Made by a program: the position numbers and the translations under genes
Assembly: GCA_030295235.1 (NCBI GenBank)
Contig: AP026145.1
Coordinates: 682,001-746,000 of the forward strand
Direction: 5' to 3'
Origin: Fistulifera solaris
Lineage: Eukaryota
Length of the DNA: 64,000 nucleotides
Notes under the pieces: generated by a model
What the model was told of the DNA's origin: nothing
Databases searched by the model: none
The model's input: only the letters and a program-made list of their open reading frames with translations
Shown: positions 22,440-34,952 of the stretch, piece after piece
How positions within the stretch are numbered: position 1 is the stretch's first letter
Layout of the letters: every line of letters begins with the position of its first letter

Positions 22440-24101
22440 GGTTGTTTTCGTTGGTTTATAGTATTCGGAAAATGATGGAGATGTCTTTTGTTATTGTCAT
22501 CGAAAGAACGGCGGCTGCGGCTGCCGCAGAAAACGGGTGGGACTCACGCCGCGGCAGGCACAACATCCTGAGAAACATGGCGAACGGAAACGGAACAAGT
22601 ATCTCGGTTCATTCTTAGATACTTTCTCATCCCATGGACTCCGTTGGAACCTCAAGACAACACTTTATGTTATAGTGATACTTTTTTACTTAGAGCATTT
22701 GCTGTAAGACTAGAGCATAGAGAGCGAGTAATTCCTCGCCCTAACCTTATCCATTCGCGCAACATTGTCAACGAGAAACAAGAACTCCTAATACAGCTGG
22801 TGTCCGATCGTCACAGCACCATGTACCCTCGTACGAAAATCTACGTGTAGTACATTTTCTACGTCCGATTTCTCCGTAGGAGTAAATAGAAAGTAAAGAA
22901 TCTAAGAAAGAATAATCATGAACTCAATTTCAATTACATTTTATTCCTTCTGTTGACAATCTTACACATGTAGGAATATAATCTACGGTTAGCTGGTTCG
23001 ATTTCGTGTTTTCTTGACCTTGAAATGAGATTAACCTAGATTTTCGCCTCAGTCACTAGTCAGTCATGAGTCATGTTAACTATGTTATGCAGGCGACGAT
23101 GCTCACTTGTATAGGTTTGTTTGACTAAAATATCATCATTCATTATTATATTTAACAGTTTACTCAGTCTGAAGCAGAACTCTATCACCAGTAAGCAAAC
23201 ACGATGGAAAGATTGACAAATTAGTATAGTAAATGATTAGTTCTGCCAATTTCCTCGTCAAATTCTCTATCTGTTGGCTGGTAATCGCTCCACTCATTTG
23301 ATCTCTCAAGCTGCTTTCTCATCAAAGATTATTTGCGCTTTGTATTCACCACTGCCCTGACGAAACGCCCGTCAAAATTCATGACACAGCGGAAGTCTTT
23401 AACTTCTTTACTATCTTTTCGAGGTCGTTTGCGTGATTGCCATCGCCCCAAGTCCTCTCTTCATAAGAGCTTGCCGAAGTTATAATGAACAGCGCGCTTG
23501 CTTTCTTTATTTGGTCATAATACCTTGATTTGATTACGGTAAACTTCCGGAAGACCAACATGAGGCATTTAATGAGGGACTTCGAATAGGATTGATCGGA
23601 CGAAATTGGCACGTCTAAAGTCCCTCTTGAACGTAATTGCCGAAAACGGGCTGTATTTGATAAGAAACGGAAAGAAAATTTCGTCACAGATCAACGTATT
23701 CATGATAATCGTCCAATTCAACTTGACCAACAAGTGAGTGCCTTGTTCTTGCGATGTTTTTGAAGTCCGTCATGATCTGATCTCGTGGATCAAGTTATAC
23801 CGTTCGACGCGAAATTAAAAGTTACACAATATATGTTCTTCGATCCACGAGGTGAGATGTTTAGAACGAGTTATCAGTGATCGAATGGTATGATCGGCAT
23901 CGTCAAAACAACTCGAAATTTGTCGCGATAAAGAGAGTTTGGAGGAATTTTTGGACCGGTACTCAAATCATATTTTTTCCGTTGTGGTAGGCTTCTACGA
24001 GGGCTACATGGAGTTGAGACGATCGGACACCAGCTGTACCAGTACCGGTACAGTACCGGTACCGGATCGTGCGTTGCACTTTCCGTCAAGGCTTTCCGTC
24101 C

Positions 24102-24413
24102 TAGACATGTGGCTTTTTCACTGTAACTTGCAACTTCACTTGAGCACCTGAAGTTTACTTTACTTTCACTTTACTTGAGACTTCGGTGAGTTCACTTGAA
24201 GTACCAAACCTACGTAAATGTACGTAGGACTGCGTAGATTAGGGATGAGAGGGAAAGGGCTAACTTTCACAAGCTCTGTGCGACACTCTTTTGTACACAA
24301 AACACTATAGTCAACCATTACCGCTTAGTACACTTTAAACTGCAAACTTCACTTGAAGGCCAGTGACTTTACTTTCACTTGACTTTCACGAAAATTTTGA
24401 AAAGTCACGTCTA
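24102..24413. mobile_element. Non-autonomous hAT-like MITE (312 bp) with 8-bp target-site duplication
   Basis: Direct repeat TTCCGTCC at 24094-24101 and 24414-24421. Imperfect terminal inverted repeats TAGACATGTGGCTTTTTCA and TGAAAAGTCACGTCTA. Multiple internal (AC)TTCACTTGA-type motifs. Confidence 0.78.
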
Positions 24414-24643
24414 TTCCGTCCCTCTGCAAATGCGAAATGCGCCACTTTAGCTAGGGGAGACACGAAACGACTCACGATGAGAGCCAATACGATCAGGAAT
24501 GAAGATTCTGTCAAAACTTGTTAGCATGAAAATCGACACAATTAGAATAAAACTATAGATTATTAGAACACATTCGTTTGCAAAAAAAAGCCAGAGGATT
24601 GGCTCTCTCTCTCCATAGGATACAAAACAGACCCAACAAAACC

Positions 24644-25618
24644 CTACGCGTGCTGATTCAAAAACTCCGAGGCCTTGTCGTACATGGGCAATACCGCGGC
24701 CGCCACGGGTCCTGCTCGTATCACTGTCACAAAAAACCCTCGGTAAAAGGAACGCACTCCACCGGTCTGGTACATTTCCCGGGCCATGTCCCACGATGAC
24801 TGTGAGCCCTGCTGGATCGCATTCGCATAATAGATCCGACTCCGCATCGCATCGACGGGGAAAATGAACGCCCAACACAGTGTTCCCGACGCCGCGGCGC
24901 TGATCATGCGCTCCCCCAACGTCGGCAGCTCACCACCACCACTTCGTCGTCGGACCAACTCCCGTTTGATGGATTCGTACGAACAAAAATAAACGGCACG
25001 ACCCACAGTTTCCGACACGAAATGCGGTCCGAAACCACAAAAAAGACCGGTCTTCCACGTGTGGCGCATCGCTTCCTTCAATCGCAAACCGGGTACCGTC
25101 TGTTGTGCCGTTTTCACCATGAGCATGGGACTCGTAAAGAGGGCCAAGACGGCACCCGCCGTACTACTGGCAATGGCGACATTGGTCATGGAATCGTGTC
25201 CAATGTAATGATTGTGATTGTTGTCGTGTGATGAATAAAGGAGACGGCGCATCGTATCGTACACTGCAAAATTGACCGACTGCACAAAGCCGACCGTTAA
25301 TAACGGTGCGGAGATACCCGCATACAAGGATCGGATCTGTCGAAGATAAGAAACAGTCGGAGTGCTGGTAGCAGCCAAAGAATGGATACCACGAGTCGTC
25401 GTCGTGTTGGGTGGCGAAAAGGAGCCAGACGTGTGGCCAGGTTGGGGTTTTGTCGCCAGGCGTTGATGTTGTGTTTGATATAAAACTTTTAGCGAATCAA
25501 AAGGATGACCCACTAATGTTCCGCTGATTCCGGCTACATAACCTGCGATGATACTATTCCTCACGGATCGGAGAGAGCACGAAGAGGAAGAGTCTTCGAG
25601 ACGACTATATTGACTCAT
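24644..25618 (-). CDS. Mitochondrial carrier (SLC25), carnitine/ornithine-carrier-like
   Basis: Three carrier repeats: GHPFDSLKV, TSPMLMVKT and IFPVDAMRS, plus FYRGFFVTVIRA. Confidence 0.92.
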   Translation of the reverse strand: MSQYSRLEDSSSSCSLRSVRNSIIAGYVAGISGTLVGHPFDSLKVLYQTQHQRLATKPQPGHTSGSFSPPNTTTTRGIHSLAATSTPTVSYLRQIRSLYAGISAPLLTVGFVQSVNFAVYDTMRRLLYSSHDNNHNHYIGHDSMTNVAIASSTAGAVLALFTSPMLMVKTAQQTVPGLRLKEAMRHTWKTGLFCGFGPHFVSETVGRAVYFCSYESIKRELVRRRSGGGELPTLGERMISAAASGTLCWAFIFPVDAMRSRIYYANAIQQGSQSSWDMAREMYQTGGVRSFYRGFFVTVIRAGPVAAAVLPMYDKASEFLNQHA

Positions 25619-26074
25619 GCTGGCTGCTTTTCATTCAATCGCCGGGGCGCTGTCGGTCGTTCTTGATTAATGTGCAAATAAATAGGAAAAAGGCGAAAAG
25701 TGGAGGTCGAAACGCCAGGATGATTCGGAAAAGTAGCAAAGGAACAGATGTTTGAGTTTGTACAAGTAATGTTGTTGCCGATCCATCAACGATCGTTGTC
25801 GTTTTCGTTCTCCGACAAACACTGCCGGTATTTTTTCGGAAAAGACGGCATCACTTTCTGTACCGGCACTGATTACTGTAGGCGGTAGAGTGCAAGTCCG
25901 ACGTCGCGAAGAACTTGGGATGAACTTTCGATGACGTAACTGCACACAGATGATTCGGGACTTGACAATGTTCGCGTGGATGAAACTAGGACGATGAAAG
26001 GAGCAAATAAGATAAACTTGAGATGTCATTCAGATCAGGGTCCTTCAAGTCACCAAAAACCAAATTTTTTAACA

Positions 26075-28341
26075 TTATGCTTTCTTCATTCTTTCCAAAA
26101 GCTGCTTCTTTTCCGCTTCACCGATCCAACGCTCGGAAAGCGTGGATGTGGCCGGCCAAGGGCGCCCACCCACTTCACCAATTTTCACCCCATTCTCCCG
26201 AGCGATAATGGCTCGAACACGAGCTTCACAGCAATAGTTGTTCGGATCACCCTGACAATGCCCCATACCGGCGCGCGTTCGTTTGCGGATGCCCTGAGAC
26301 GAATCAATGGGTAAGGAACGGCGCATCGCCGTGACGACTTCCAGTTCGGTCACCTTTTCACATTTGCAAATCACGTTTTGTGCCATTTGATCCTTATTGC
26401 TTCCGTCACTGTCATTCTTTCCGGGCGGACCAAATTTGAGTCCCTTCATGCCTTCCTTCGGAATAATGATGGGGCTCGATTCGGCTTGAAGATTGGATTG
26501 GGATCCATCTTCACACCCGCGTTCTTTAATATTTCTATAACGTTGAGAGCAATGGCGGGTGAACCAGCTAGTCCCGGCGAGTCGATACCAGCAACATGAA
26601 TCATATTCGGATTCTTCTCGCTAGGTTCAATAATCCAATCTCCTCGAGAACTTTTGGCACGCGCACCAGCAAAGGCGTGAATGGTCTCAGTCGGATCAAA
26701 GTCGCCGACCAAAAGCTTGCATTTCGAAAGAATATATTCTTGAATGGACGCTGGAGACATTGTCCGAGCACCCTCTTCATGCATGTCGCGGGCAGTTGGG
26801 CCGAGTATGAGATTACCCCACAACGTAGTCTGCACTAGAACACCTTTGCCAAGTTTGGGGTCCGGACATGGGAAGAGAGTGCGTGTCACTAGCTTGCCCT
26901 GCAAATCATTATTGTATATTTCATTCAGCAGTAGTTTCAAGAGATGTGCTTCACCGAAACAAGACGTACCTGGTTGCGATTGAGCAAAATATAATCTCCC
27001 AGTCGAGGCTTGATGGTAAATGATTCATCACCAATCATCCGAGCGATTTTATCCGAGTAGCCTCCCGCGCAATTGATAATGTATTTGCAGCGAATCCATT
27101 CCGTGTTAACAACTTCACCGGACATGACCTTCTGCGAACCAGAACCACCGACCAACATGTCTTCGACATCCACCTTGCCCTTGTCTCCGTGACCCTCGGG
27201 CAGACCCGCCTTCTCGATGAGACTGGTCACCGGAGTACTCTTGGTGACGGGTTTGTTTCCCACAAATTTGATCAAAAGAGAGAATCCCAACCACTGCACC
27301 ACGGCCGCCATGTGCAACTGACCATCGTACGGGAGTGACCACAGTTCGGCCACGCCTCCGGCAAAGTGCAACAGTACCACGCACGCCGCAATCTGTAACC
27401 AATTCGTCAACATATCGGGAACTTTGGCACGACCTATTGTTTTCATATAATGTTCCGGCTCCCAGTGATCGACTTTGACGCGAAATAATCCCTTATCGGT
27501 CGTTTCAATTTCTGTCACCTGCCGACGAATGCGCAATTCCACGCCATTGTCTACAGCGTTTTCCGCCAAGGCAATCGCAAACTCGTAGGGAATCACGTTC
27601 CCGGCATCAGGAGAATAGAGAGCCGCGATGGCCTTCGGATTCAAATGAGGCTCCAGGCGAAAGAGTTCTTCTTTTTCGACGATGCGGAGATTCTGCACTC
27701 CATTGGTGGTTCCTCGTTCCAATAGTTCTTGCAAATGCTTCCGGTCATTTTCGTTGAACGCGACGACTAAACTGCCATTCTTTTGGTAACCAAATCGTAA
27801 TTCCTTATCGAGTTGAGCAAACATTTGATTTCCGGGCCAACTATGGGTAGAGTGAGCAAATTTTATTTGGAGACGATGAAATAGAGTCGACTCTCACCAC
27901 AACTACTTACCAGTACTTGGCACGGTTGGTGCCGGGCGTATCGTCATATCCCGCATGAACAATCCCCGAATTTCCCTTCGTAGCTCCTTGACTCACATCA
28001 TCCGCGGCTTCGACCCAACAGGTATGAACTTTGTAACGACTCAATTCACGAGCAATCGCTGCACCAATGCAGCCGGCACCAATAATCAGCTAATATGCAA
28101 GAGTGAATGAGACGCAGTGAAAGGAATATATATCTACGGAACACACTGTACGCACCACATCGTAACTGCCATCGTTCTTGCACGAAATATACCGCGATCG
28201 ACTGCGCGGACAGGGCGCTTGAAAATCGCAGCCACTGCACTGCTTTTCGTCGACATTGAAAACTTTGCCGCAATCTTCAATGTCGACCCAGTCTCCTCCG
28301 TAATAGACACCTTTCACGCCATGTTGTGGATGTTCCGTCAT
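26075..28341 (-). CDS. FAD-dependent oxidoreductase (GlpA/L-2-hydroxyglutarate-oxidase-like) with C-terminal BFD-like [2Fe-2S] domain; three introns, frameshift at 26471-26474
   Basis: IIGAGCIG, GATKGNSGIVHAG, INCAGGYSDKIA, FAGARA and AGIDSPGLAGSPAIA. The C-terminus reads ICKCEKVT...IRKRTRAGMGHCQG. Confidence 0.88.
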
Positions 28342-28710
28342 GATGAATTTAGATTCTTTTAAAATAGAATCATCAAACAAACAACACTATATAAAGGACC
28401 GATCGAAGCGAAGAAAAGATCGGCGGTGGCGTCAAAAACGAGTTGGATCGCCTTCTTCGAAGTACTGTAGCGTCAATGTGTGAAAAGGTAAGGGAACTCC
28501 ATATCGTACCAGTACCCAAATGTATAATAACTCAGATAGTTATCACGGTTTATATTTTCCAAGACTCACAGATTCGGCTCCGCCTTATTCACGAACATCC
28601 GTATCCGCTATTACTAGCACGCCTACCCAAACTTTCTGCACCATTCATTGCAACTCGATCGGCTATCAAATTCGTTTCATTATAATATAAAAATCATCGT
28701 TACTTCTAAT

Positions 28711-31700
28711 TCAACTTATGGCTGCTGGGGGTGCCGAATCGACGGGCAAATACTTCGCCTTGACATACTCGTAGCGCTTGGGCACCACTTTGGCCAACAA
28801 CCACTCGGAGCTAAAGTGTTGGGGCATCGAAGGCGTTTGATAGATGCGTCCTCCATAATCCAAACAACTGTAGTACGTATTGAGTGCCGTTTGCACGCTC
28901 TTGATGTTCTTCCAGGGAGACGTCGTGCGAACGAAATCCAACAATTCCAAATGGTCACGGAATTCGAGGGCGACACTGTCACTGTCATCCTCGACCGCGG
29001 TCGGTGGCACTTCTTCTTCTTTCCTGGAACTGGAAAGAATGTTCGCGGCACCGAGACCAATGATACTGGAACGAAGGCGATTCCATAAGCGATTGAAGAA
29101 AGCTTGCTGTTCTCCGACGGGTACGTCTTTTCGTTGCACCGTGTGACGTATCTTGGCTTCTGTGATTGCAGCTTTGATTTCGTTGGATACCATGGGACAT
29201 CGCATCATGTGTTTTTCGAGAACCGTCGACGCCGTACTCATACTTTCGAGGGACGAAAAGAAATAACGACCCTCGCCGCTCTTGCCAATACAGTGTCGAC
29301 AGGCCATTCCAGGATACCCCACGTGGATGCGGCGATTCTTCTTTCCGTATCCTCGTCGGTCGCCCGTATGGGAATGACTTGTTCCATGACCAGTACAACA
29401 AAATCCGTCAAGAGCGGTCGACCATCGGCCGTGACTTTGTCACTCGCCATGATAATCTCCGTCAGTTCGTGCGCATTTTCCGTTTTGGCAGCCGTCCCCG
29501 AAGAATCGGCGTGCAAATAGTTCAGCCGGCCACCCAAAGCGGAAACGGCGGGATTTACGTCGTCGGCATAATGCTCGGCTTCCGGCTGCATATGCGTCGG
29601 TAGCATCGTTGTCACATTCGCTGTAAATACATCGACAAATTCTCGAATGACCTGAAAGCTGTCGCTAATCTGTTGCAGCGGCAAACTGGATTGCTGTAAT
29701 ATACTGGGGAGAACAAGAAGCATTTGCAACAGTGTTTCGCTGCCGTACTTGAAAGAACTTTTCTCAGCACTCGCGTCAACAGGCTTCCATTTCAGGCCTT
29801 CGGCCATGAGGGGAGCGAATACGTTGTAGCACTCGAGAGTAGCACTCAGAAGGGATTTGGCTTTCTCACGAGAATCTTTGTCGTCTGGGTCTAACTCCTT
29901 TTGGATCCATTGATAAACCTGGCCCGCTGCTGCTTCAACTGTAATAAAGTGGTCATTCTCAGACTCGCGATTCTTAGTCGTTTCAAGTACCAATCGCTGC
30001 GTCAGCTTGCCTACAGCTCCCCATCCAAGTTTCTCGACTTCACGCACCAGACGAAGTCGCTTCCTGTTCCCTTCATTTTTGGTTGGGTTGGACCGTTTCA
30101 GCTTGCCGATTTTGGGCGGAAAAAAAGTAATGTCATCCGCGCTTTCTCCTGCCTCGAGGCGCCATCGCTGTTCACGCAATGCAGGCCATACGATTCCAAG
30201 GAAAAATTGATAAGATGCCGGGACGGCATTTGACGACAACCCGTTGATCTTTAAATCGCTCGGAGACAGAGGAACTGAGCACGCAACCCCAAGAAATCTT
30301 TCCGGAACGACAATATTGATGTTTTCGTCAAGCGAGCAAGTTTCAAACGATGCCTTGACCGTGTCGATAACGTTTGCGTCACTTTTTTCATTCCCGTCAA
30401 ATAGAACTAAAATGTTCTTCAACAGCCCCTTTGCGATAACAGAAAGAATACCTCGATACCAAGTTAATGCAACTTCCTCATCGTTCTTAACCTCTTCTAC
30501 AGGTTTGAAAAAGAACTTGGGCGGATTTGAACGAGGGTCGCAACAAGCGACTACTGGAACCTTCTTTAATACACCCGCTGTACCATAAACATCATGCAAA
30601 TGAAGGCACTCCATGCTCGGACTTTCAACAAGAGTAAAGGCTTTGATTGTTGATCGCGTTCTCTCAAGTCGTTCAGCTGCAGTAAGATCAGGCGCTGCGA
30701 ACAAACTTGTGACGAGATCTTCTACAAATAATGAAAACCGCCCTCTCGCCAGTTCAAACCAATTATCCCTAACGTGCGATCTACACAACGGGTGGTCTTC
30801 AACGAAGGACACGATATCGCCGGAAACAGCTGACATCGCTCGCTTGTAGGGCTCCCACTTCGTGGCCAGTAGGACGGCTAGGGATCGTGGGCCAGTAGAA
30901 AAGAGCATCGACAATTTCTTTGACCTCGTCAGAAGTGTCTTTGTTACACTTCACAATTCGTCTGGATAACCAATGCAATCTCTGCCTTATAGCATTTCCA
31001 TTCTCGGACGTGCTCTCCGCTAGATCCTTCCATTCATTCAGATACTTACCATGCGCCCATTTGAGGATCTCGCAAAGATCCTGCTCCGAGAGGACTCGAA
31101 TGAGATTACCAATGACACTCTGAAGATTATTGGTAGCGTGCTTTTCACGTGAAAGGAGCGTTGCAAGCGAAGGAAATATCAAAGGGATGGTCTGCCCCTT
31201 TTCCATGGGATTTTTTACGAAGAGAAAAAGTTGGGTGCCCGACTCTCGTCTAGCAATCAAGACATTCGTGTCGTCGGCTGGTGCGATTTCTGGAGAAATA
31301 CTGCTGGACTGATGATCTAGCAAATATTTTTCAAGAAGCACTTTCAGTGGCGCGAGATCTTGAATTTGTGGAACTCGGACACCACAACAGCTTAAGTCAA
31401 TGAGCCCACAACCTAACGCAACAGTTGAAAATGGTTGACGAGAGTCGTGTGTCCCAAGGTCAGTGGGCTGGATAAGTGAGGCCATTGGAAGTACCGGAAG
31501 TGCCATTGATGCCAACTCCGGTCGCAAGAGCTCTACCGTTTGAATCGGTTGAATTGTCTTGAAGGGGTGGCTAGCAGTCCCTTTATAAGTAACAAAATAA
31601 CACGGATCCAGACCTTTTGCCTTCTTTCGCACCGAAATTTCAAAGTCGAAACGCATTGAACCTGAAAAGGGGTAAGTAACAATCTCTTTGGCATTACTGT

Positions 31701-34700
31701 TTCGGTTAGTTAGCCGCCACCCGACTTACCTTGTCCCCGCACAACAGAAATATCCACCTTCGATCTACCTGATAAAATGTCCTCATCAGCGATGTTTTCA
31801 AGCGGCGGTAATGGCTGAATTATGAGCTTTCGAGGAGGGCCATGGGCAGCGATATCGCCTTTTGTATCATTTGACCCCTCTTTACTACCTTTACTGAGGT
31901 TTTGCCTGCGGCGGATACCAAGAGCGCGAATGGAGTTGTCAGGTTCGGTAGCTGCAAGTTCCTTTAGCCCCATATCCACAGCCGCTTTTCGGCATTGTGC
32001 TTTCCATCCGCTAACGGACGCAATGGCACCAAGACCCTTGAGTTCCGGCATCCCGTTCTGAATCCTAAACTCCACGAATTGCTCGGCAATCTCAGTCGTC
32101 CGTTGGGAAAGGAACTGCTCCCCAGTGTGGATACCAATTGACCTAAGAAATTTTTGCGTGATGGAACTAAGCACCGCGAACGGATCTGACAGATCCGAAG
32201 GGGTTACTTTCTTTATAATTGGCTTGGGTTCTTTTGGCACGCTCTCTTTCGGTTTGGTAGGCCGCACTGGAGTTTTTGTCGAGACAACTGTCTGCGCCCT
32301 GTCACGCAAAATATGGAGCCATTTTTGGATCAGTAAGTTACAAGCTTCGACAGAATCTGCCATTCCGCATTCCTGCATCTTCTTGGCAACCAGTGGATTA
32401 TTCTCGAGCTTGGCATTCTCTAACTGTGAAGCCGTAGCGACTCTAAATTGAACAAGAAAATCAGCCACGTTCTTTCCGAGACAGTGTTCCACGAAAAGAG
32501 GAGAATGGGAAGCATAGTCGATGCTCACCGTCGACGTAGAGAAGTACTTAGTCACTGGCTTTTTTGCGGCTACTTCGGGTTGCTCCGTTTCGTCGTGAAT
32601 GACTGGGGTCTCTTTCGATGCCTCCTTTTCAAGGTCGACATCGGTCAAAATCTTGCCCGTCCCTTTCACGGCATCGTCCTCTTCTCTTAGCATTGCCTTC
32701 CACGCGGAAATCATGGCCACCTTACCTGACCCTTTGAGGGTATTAAGCCCTCTCTCCTCGCGCCACGAAGCAAGGTCGATCGAAAGGGCTTTAGTTTTCG
32801 AATCTAAAAATTGCCACGACGCACTCATCCCAAGTCTTCCAACAATGTATTCTTGAGATGCACCGGTACAGACAATTCTGATAGTGTAGTAATAACAAGT
32901 GAGATTCCAACCAAGATGTCAAAGCTATGCCATTCAGTCAATTATTCAAACTTACAGCGACCCACCCATCCAACGTCGAGTCTTGTCATCGAGAGGCAAA
33001 CGGGAACCGATTGCAGTCTCCAAACGGGTCGATAGGCCAAGAAGATGCCGTGCTAGAGCAAGATGATTTAAATATGGCAACTGGCATTGGTTACGGAAGA
33101 TCCGCATCATTTCACACAGCGCTCCAGTTTCAGTTCGACGAGTACGTAGAAAGTCAAATAAAGACACAAGTTTAGCGGTGGCAAAAAAGCTTCGTGTTGG
33201 AGCAGGTATTAGAACAGAAATGGGGCCACTAAGTGGAAACTGATTCTCCCCTCGTGTAAATCTTGGCGGTGTCCTTTTTAAACAGCTCAGCCACTCTCCC
33301 ATCTTGGCTTCAGCGCGAATTACATCTTCTTCCTCTTTCGGCGTTACCTGCAAATTTTGCCGTTTTGCAAGGAGATCTTCGACACCTGAAATAATTTCTC
33401 TTTCTCGTCTCATGTACGAAGCGAGAATAGGATGCAAAGCCGGTGCTGAAACCATGGTTTTAGAGTCCGTGAGATCGTTCTCACCGGGTTTGGGCATGTT
33501 AAAGGGGTTCGAGGATGTTGCGTCTTGCTTCTCTTCCCGTTTAACCTCATGGTCTATAGCTATTTCATGTTCGTCTGCAAAAGGTCTATCGTCAGTACTT
33601 GTTAAGGATACATGATTTGATCCAGATATTACTGCTTCTCCTGTTTTGTCATCAGCGGCCTCCGATTGAGAATTTTCAGACTGAGAAACAACCTCGCCAC
33701 ACTGGGTGGAACCTCGAAGAGAAGGAACGGGCACATACTTGCCCGTCTTGCACTCTTCCACCAACGCCTTCACGACAGCTTTTCGGTGCTCTTCATAGAT
33801 TCTCTTTTCTTCTGGACGCCGCTCGAAGTAATATTTTTCAGCTAACTTGTCACGGAGCTTCAAACGACATGTTTCAGCTTGAGCTTTCCACTGCGACTTT
33901 TCTTCCAGATTCATGTTCGGGTCGCGATCAAAAGAATTAGGGTCTAAAACGCCTAGCAACTGCTTTTTCGTAAAGATCCATACAGACGCAGCAAGAAATT
34001 TGCAGTCGGCTTCCATCAGATAATCAAGCAAGTCCGTGGTATCTTCAACAAAAGCAGCCGCTTGCTCCGTTTCTTTCCTCGAGTTAAGGACACGACGTAT
34101 TGGTTTGGGTGCCCGCTTCCGATCCCTTCGAATATGTCTCCCGTCTTGTGATGGCGGCTTCAACACCGACAAATCCAGAGGAGCATTTGCCGCAGGTTTC
34201 GTCGAAACTCCATTCGGTGACGATGAAACAACAGGGGTATTCGGTTGGGACACCGCAGTATCTTGTGTCAAATTGTCCGCCGGCTTGATCGGAGAACGTG
34301 TTCCAGTAACAATGGCGAAAATGTCCTGCTTCCGCATAGCCTGCATCCTTTCCAAAGTCGTGGCCGTCGAAGGTGCGGGCTCCGGTAATACCGTAATTCT
34401 CGGTTCCGCTTTGTCCGCAATCGGCTTACCCATTCCTAACAATGCACTTTTCATTTGTTCGTCGGGTGCACACGCCGGAACAGATCCGGTTTGATTGAAT
34501 AAATTTCTGCCTTCTCGAGGAATTACAGGCGCTGCACTTAGTTTTTCCGCGGAGTTGGCATCATTCGTTTGGTTCGAATCTAATTCTAGTTTTATCTTCT
34601 TGACACCGGGTTCACCAATATCAGCCGTCTCTTCCCCTTTCTCTTGCGCACTTCCCCCGTTACTTTGAGTAGCAAAGGGCATATCTGTAAATTTGCTCTC

Positions 34701-34952
34701 TGTCAGCATAACTTCATCCGCTTTCCGTTTCTTGGGAGATAGCACCATGGTAGGTCCATCCTTGGAAGGCAACGTAGGACCCCCGGAAGGACCAGTCACG
34801 AACGGATGTTGCAGCGTCGGCGGCGTTGGGATCATGAACGGTGACTTTTCTAGTTCAGCACGCATCAAAGCCTGGACTTCATCTCCGTTGTTATTATTAT
34901 TGGTTGGGTTCTCTTCCACCGATAACTGATCGGGGTCCTCGAAGGGATCCAT
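28711..34952 (-). CDS. Large multi-exon putative nuclear/chromatin protein (ORFs 32952-34952, 31710-32828, 30799-31656, 29238-30914, 28711-29322 joined by introns and frameshifts)
   Basis: Consecutive co-oriented ORFs with GT-AG gaps near 32955-32870 and 31730-31660 and overlaps at about 30900 and 29343. Also an NLS-like PKKRK, an MRG-like YGSETLLQMLLVLP and a C-terminal CRHC...YFFSS...HMMRC motif. Confidence 0.65.

Noticed and set aside
23379..23687. 102-aa minus-strand ORF in the long intergenic gap
   Set aside because: Non-ATG start, no recognisable motif and no splice support.
24035..24066. GTACC(A/G)GTAC tandem/palindromic run
   Set aside because: Short simple repeat with no further structure.
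24120..24390. Repeated ACTTCACTTGA motifs as a CRISPR-like array
   Set aside because: The repeats are short, degenerate and irregularly spaced, there are no cas genes, and the context is eukaryotic. They are explained as MITE subterminal repeats.
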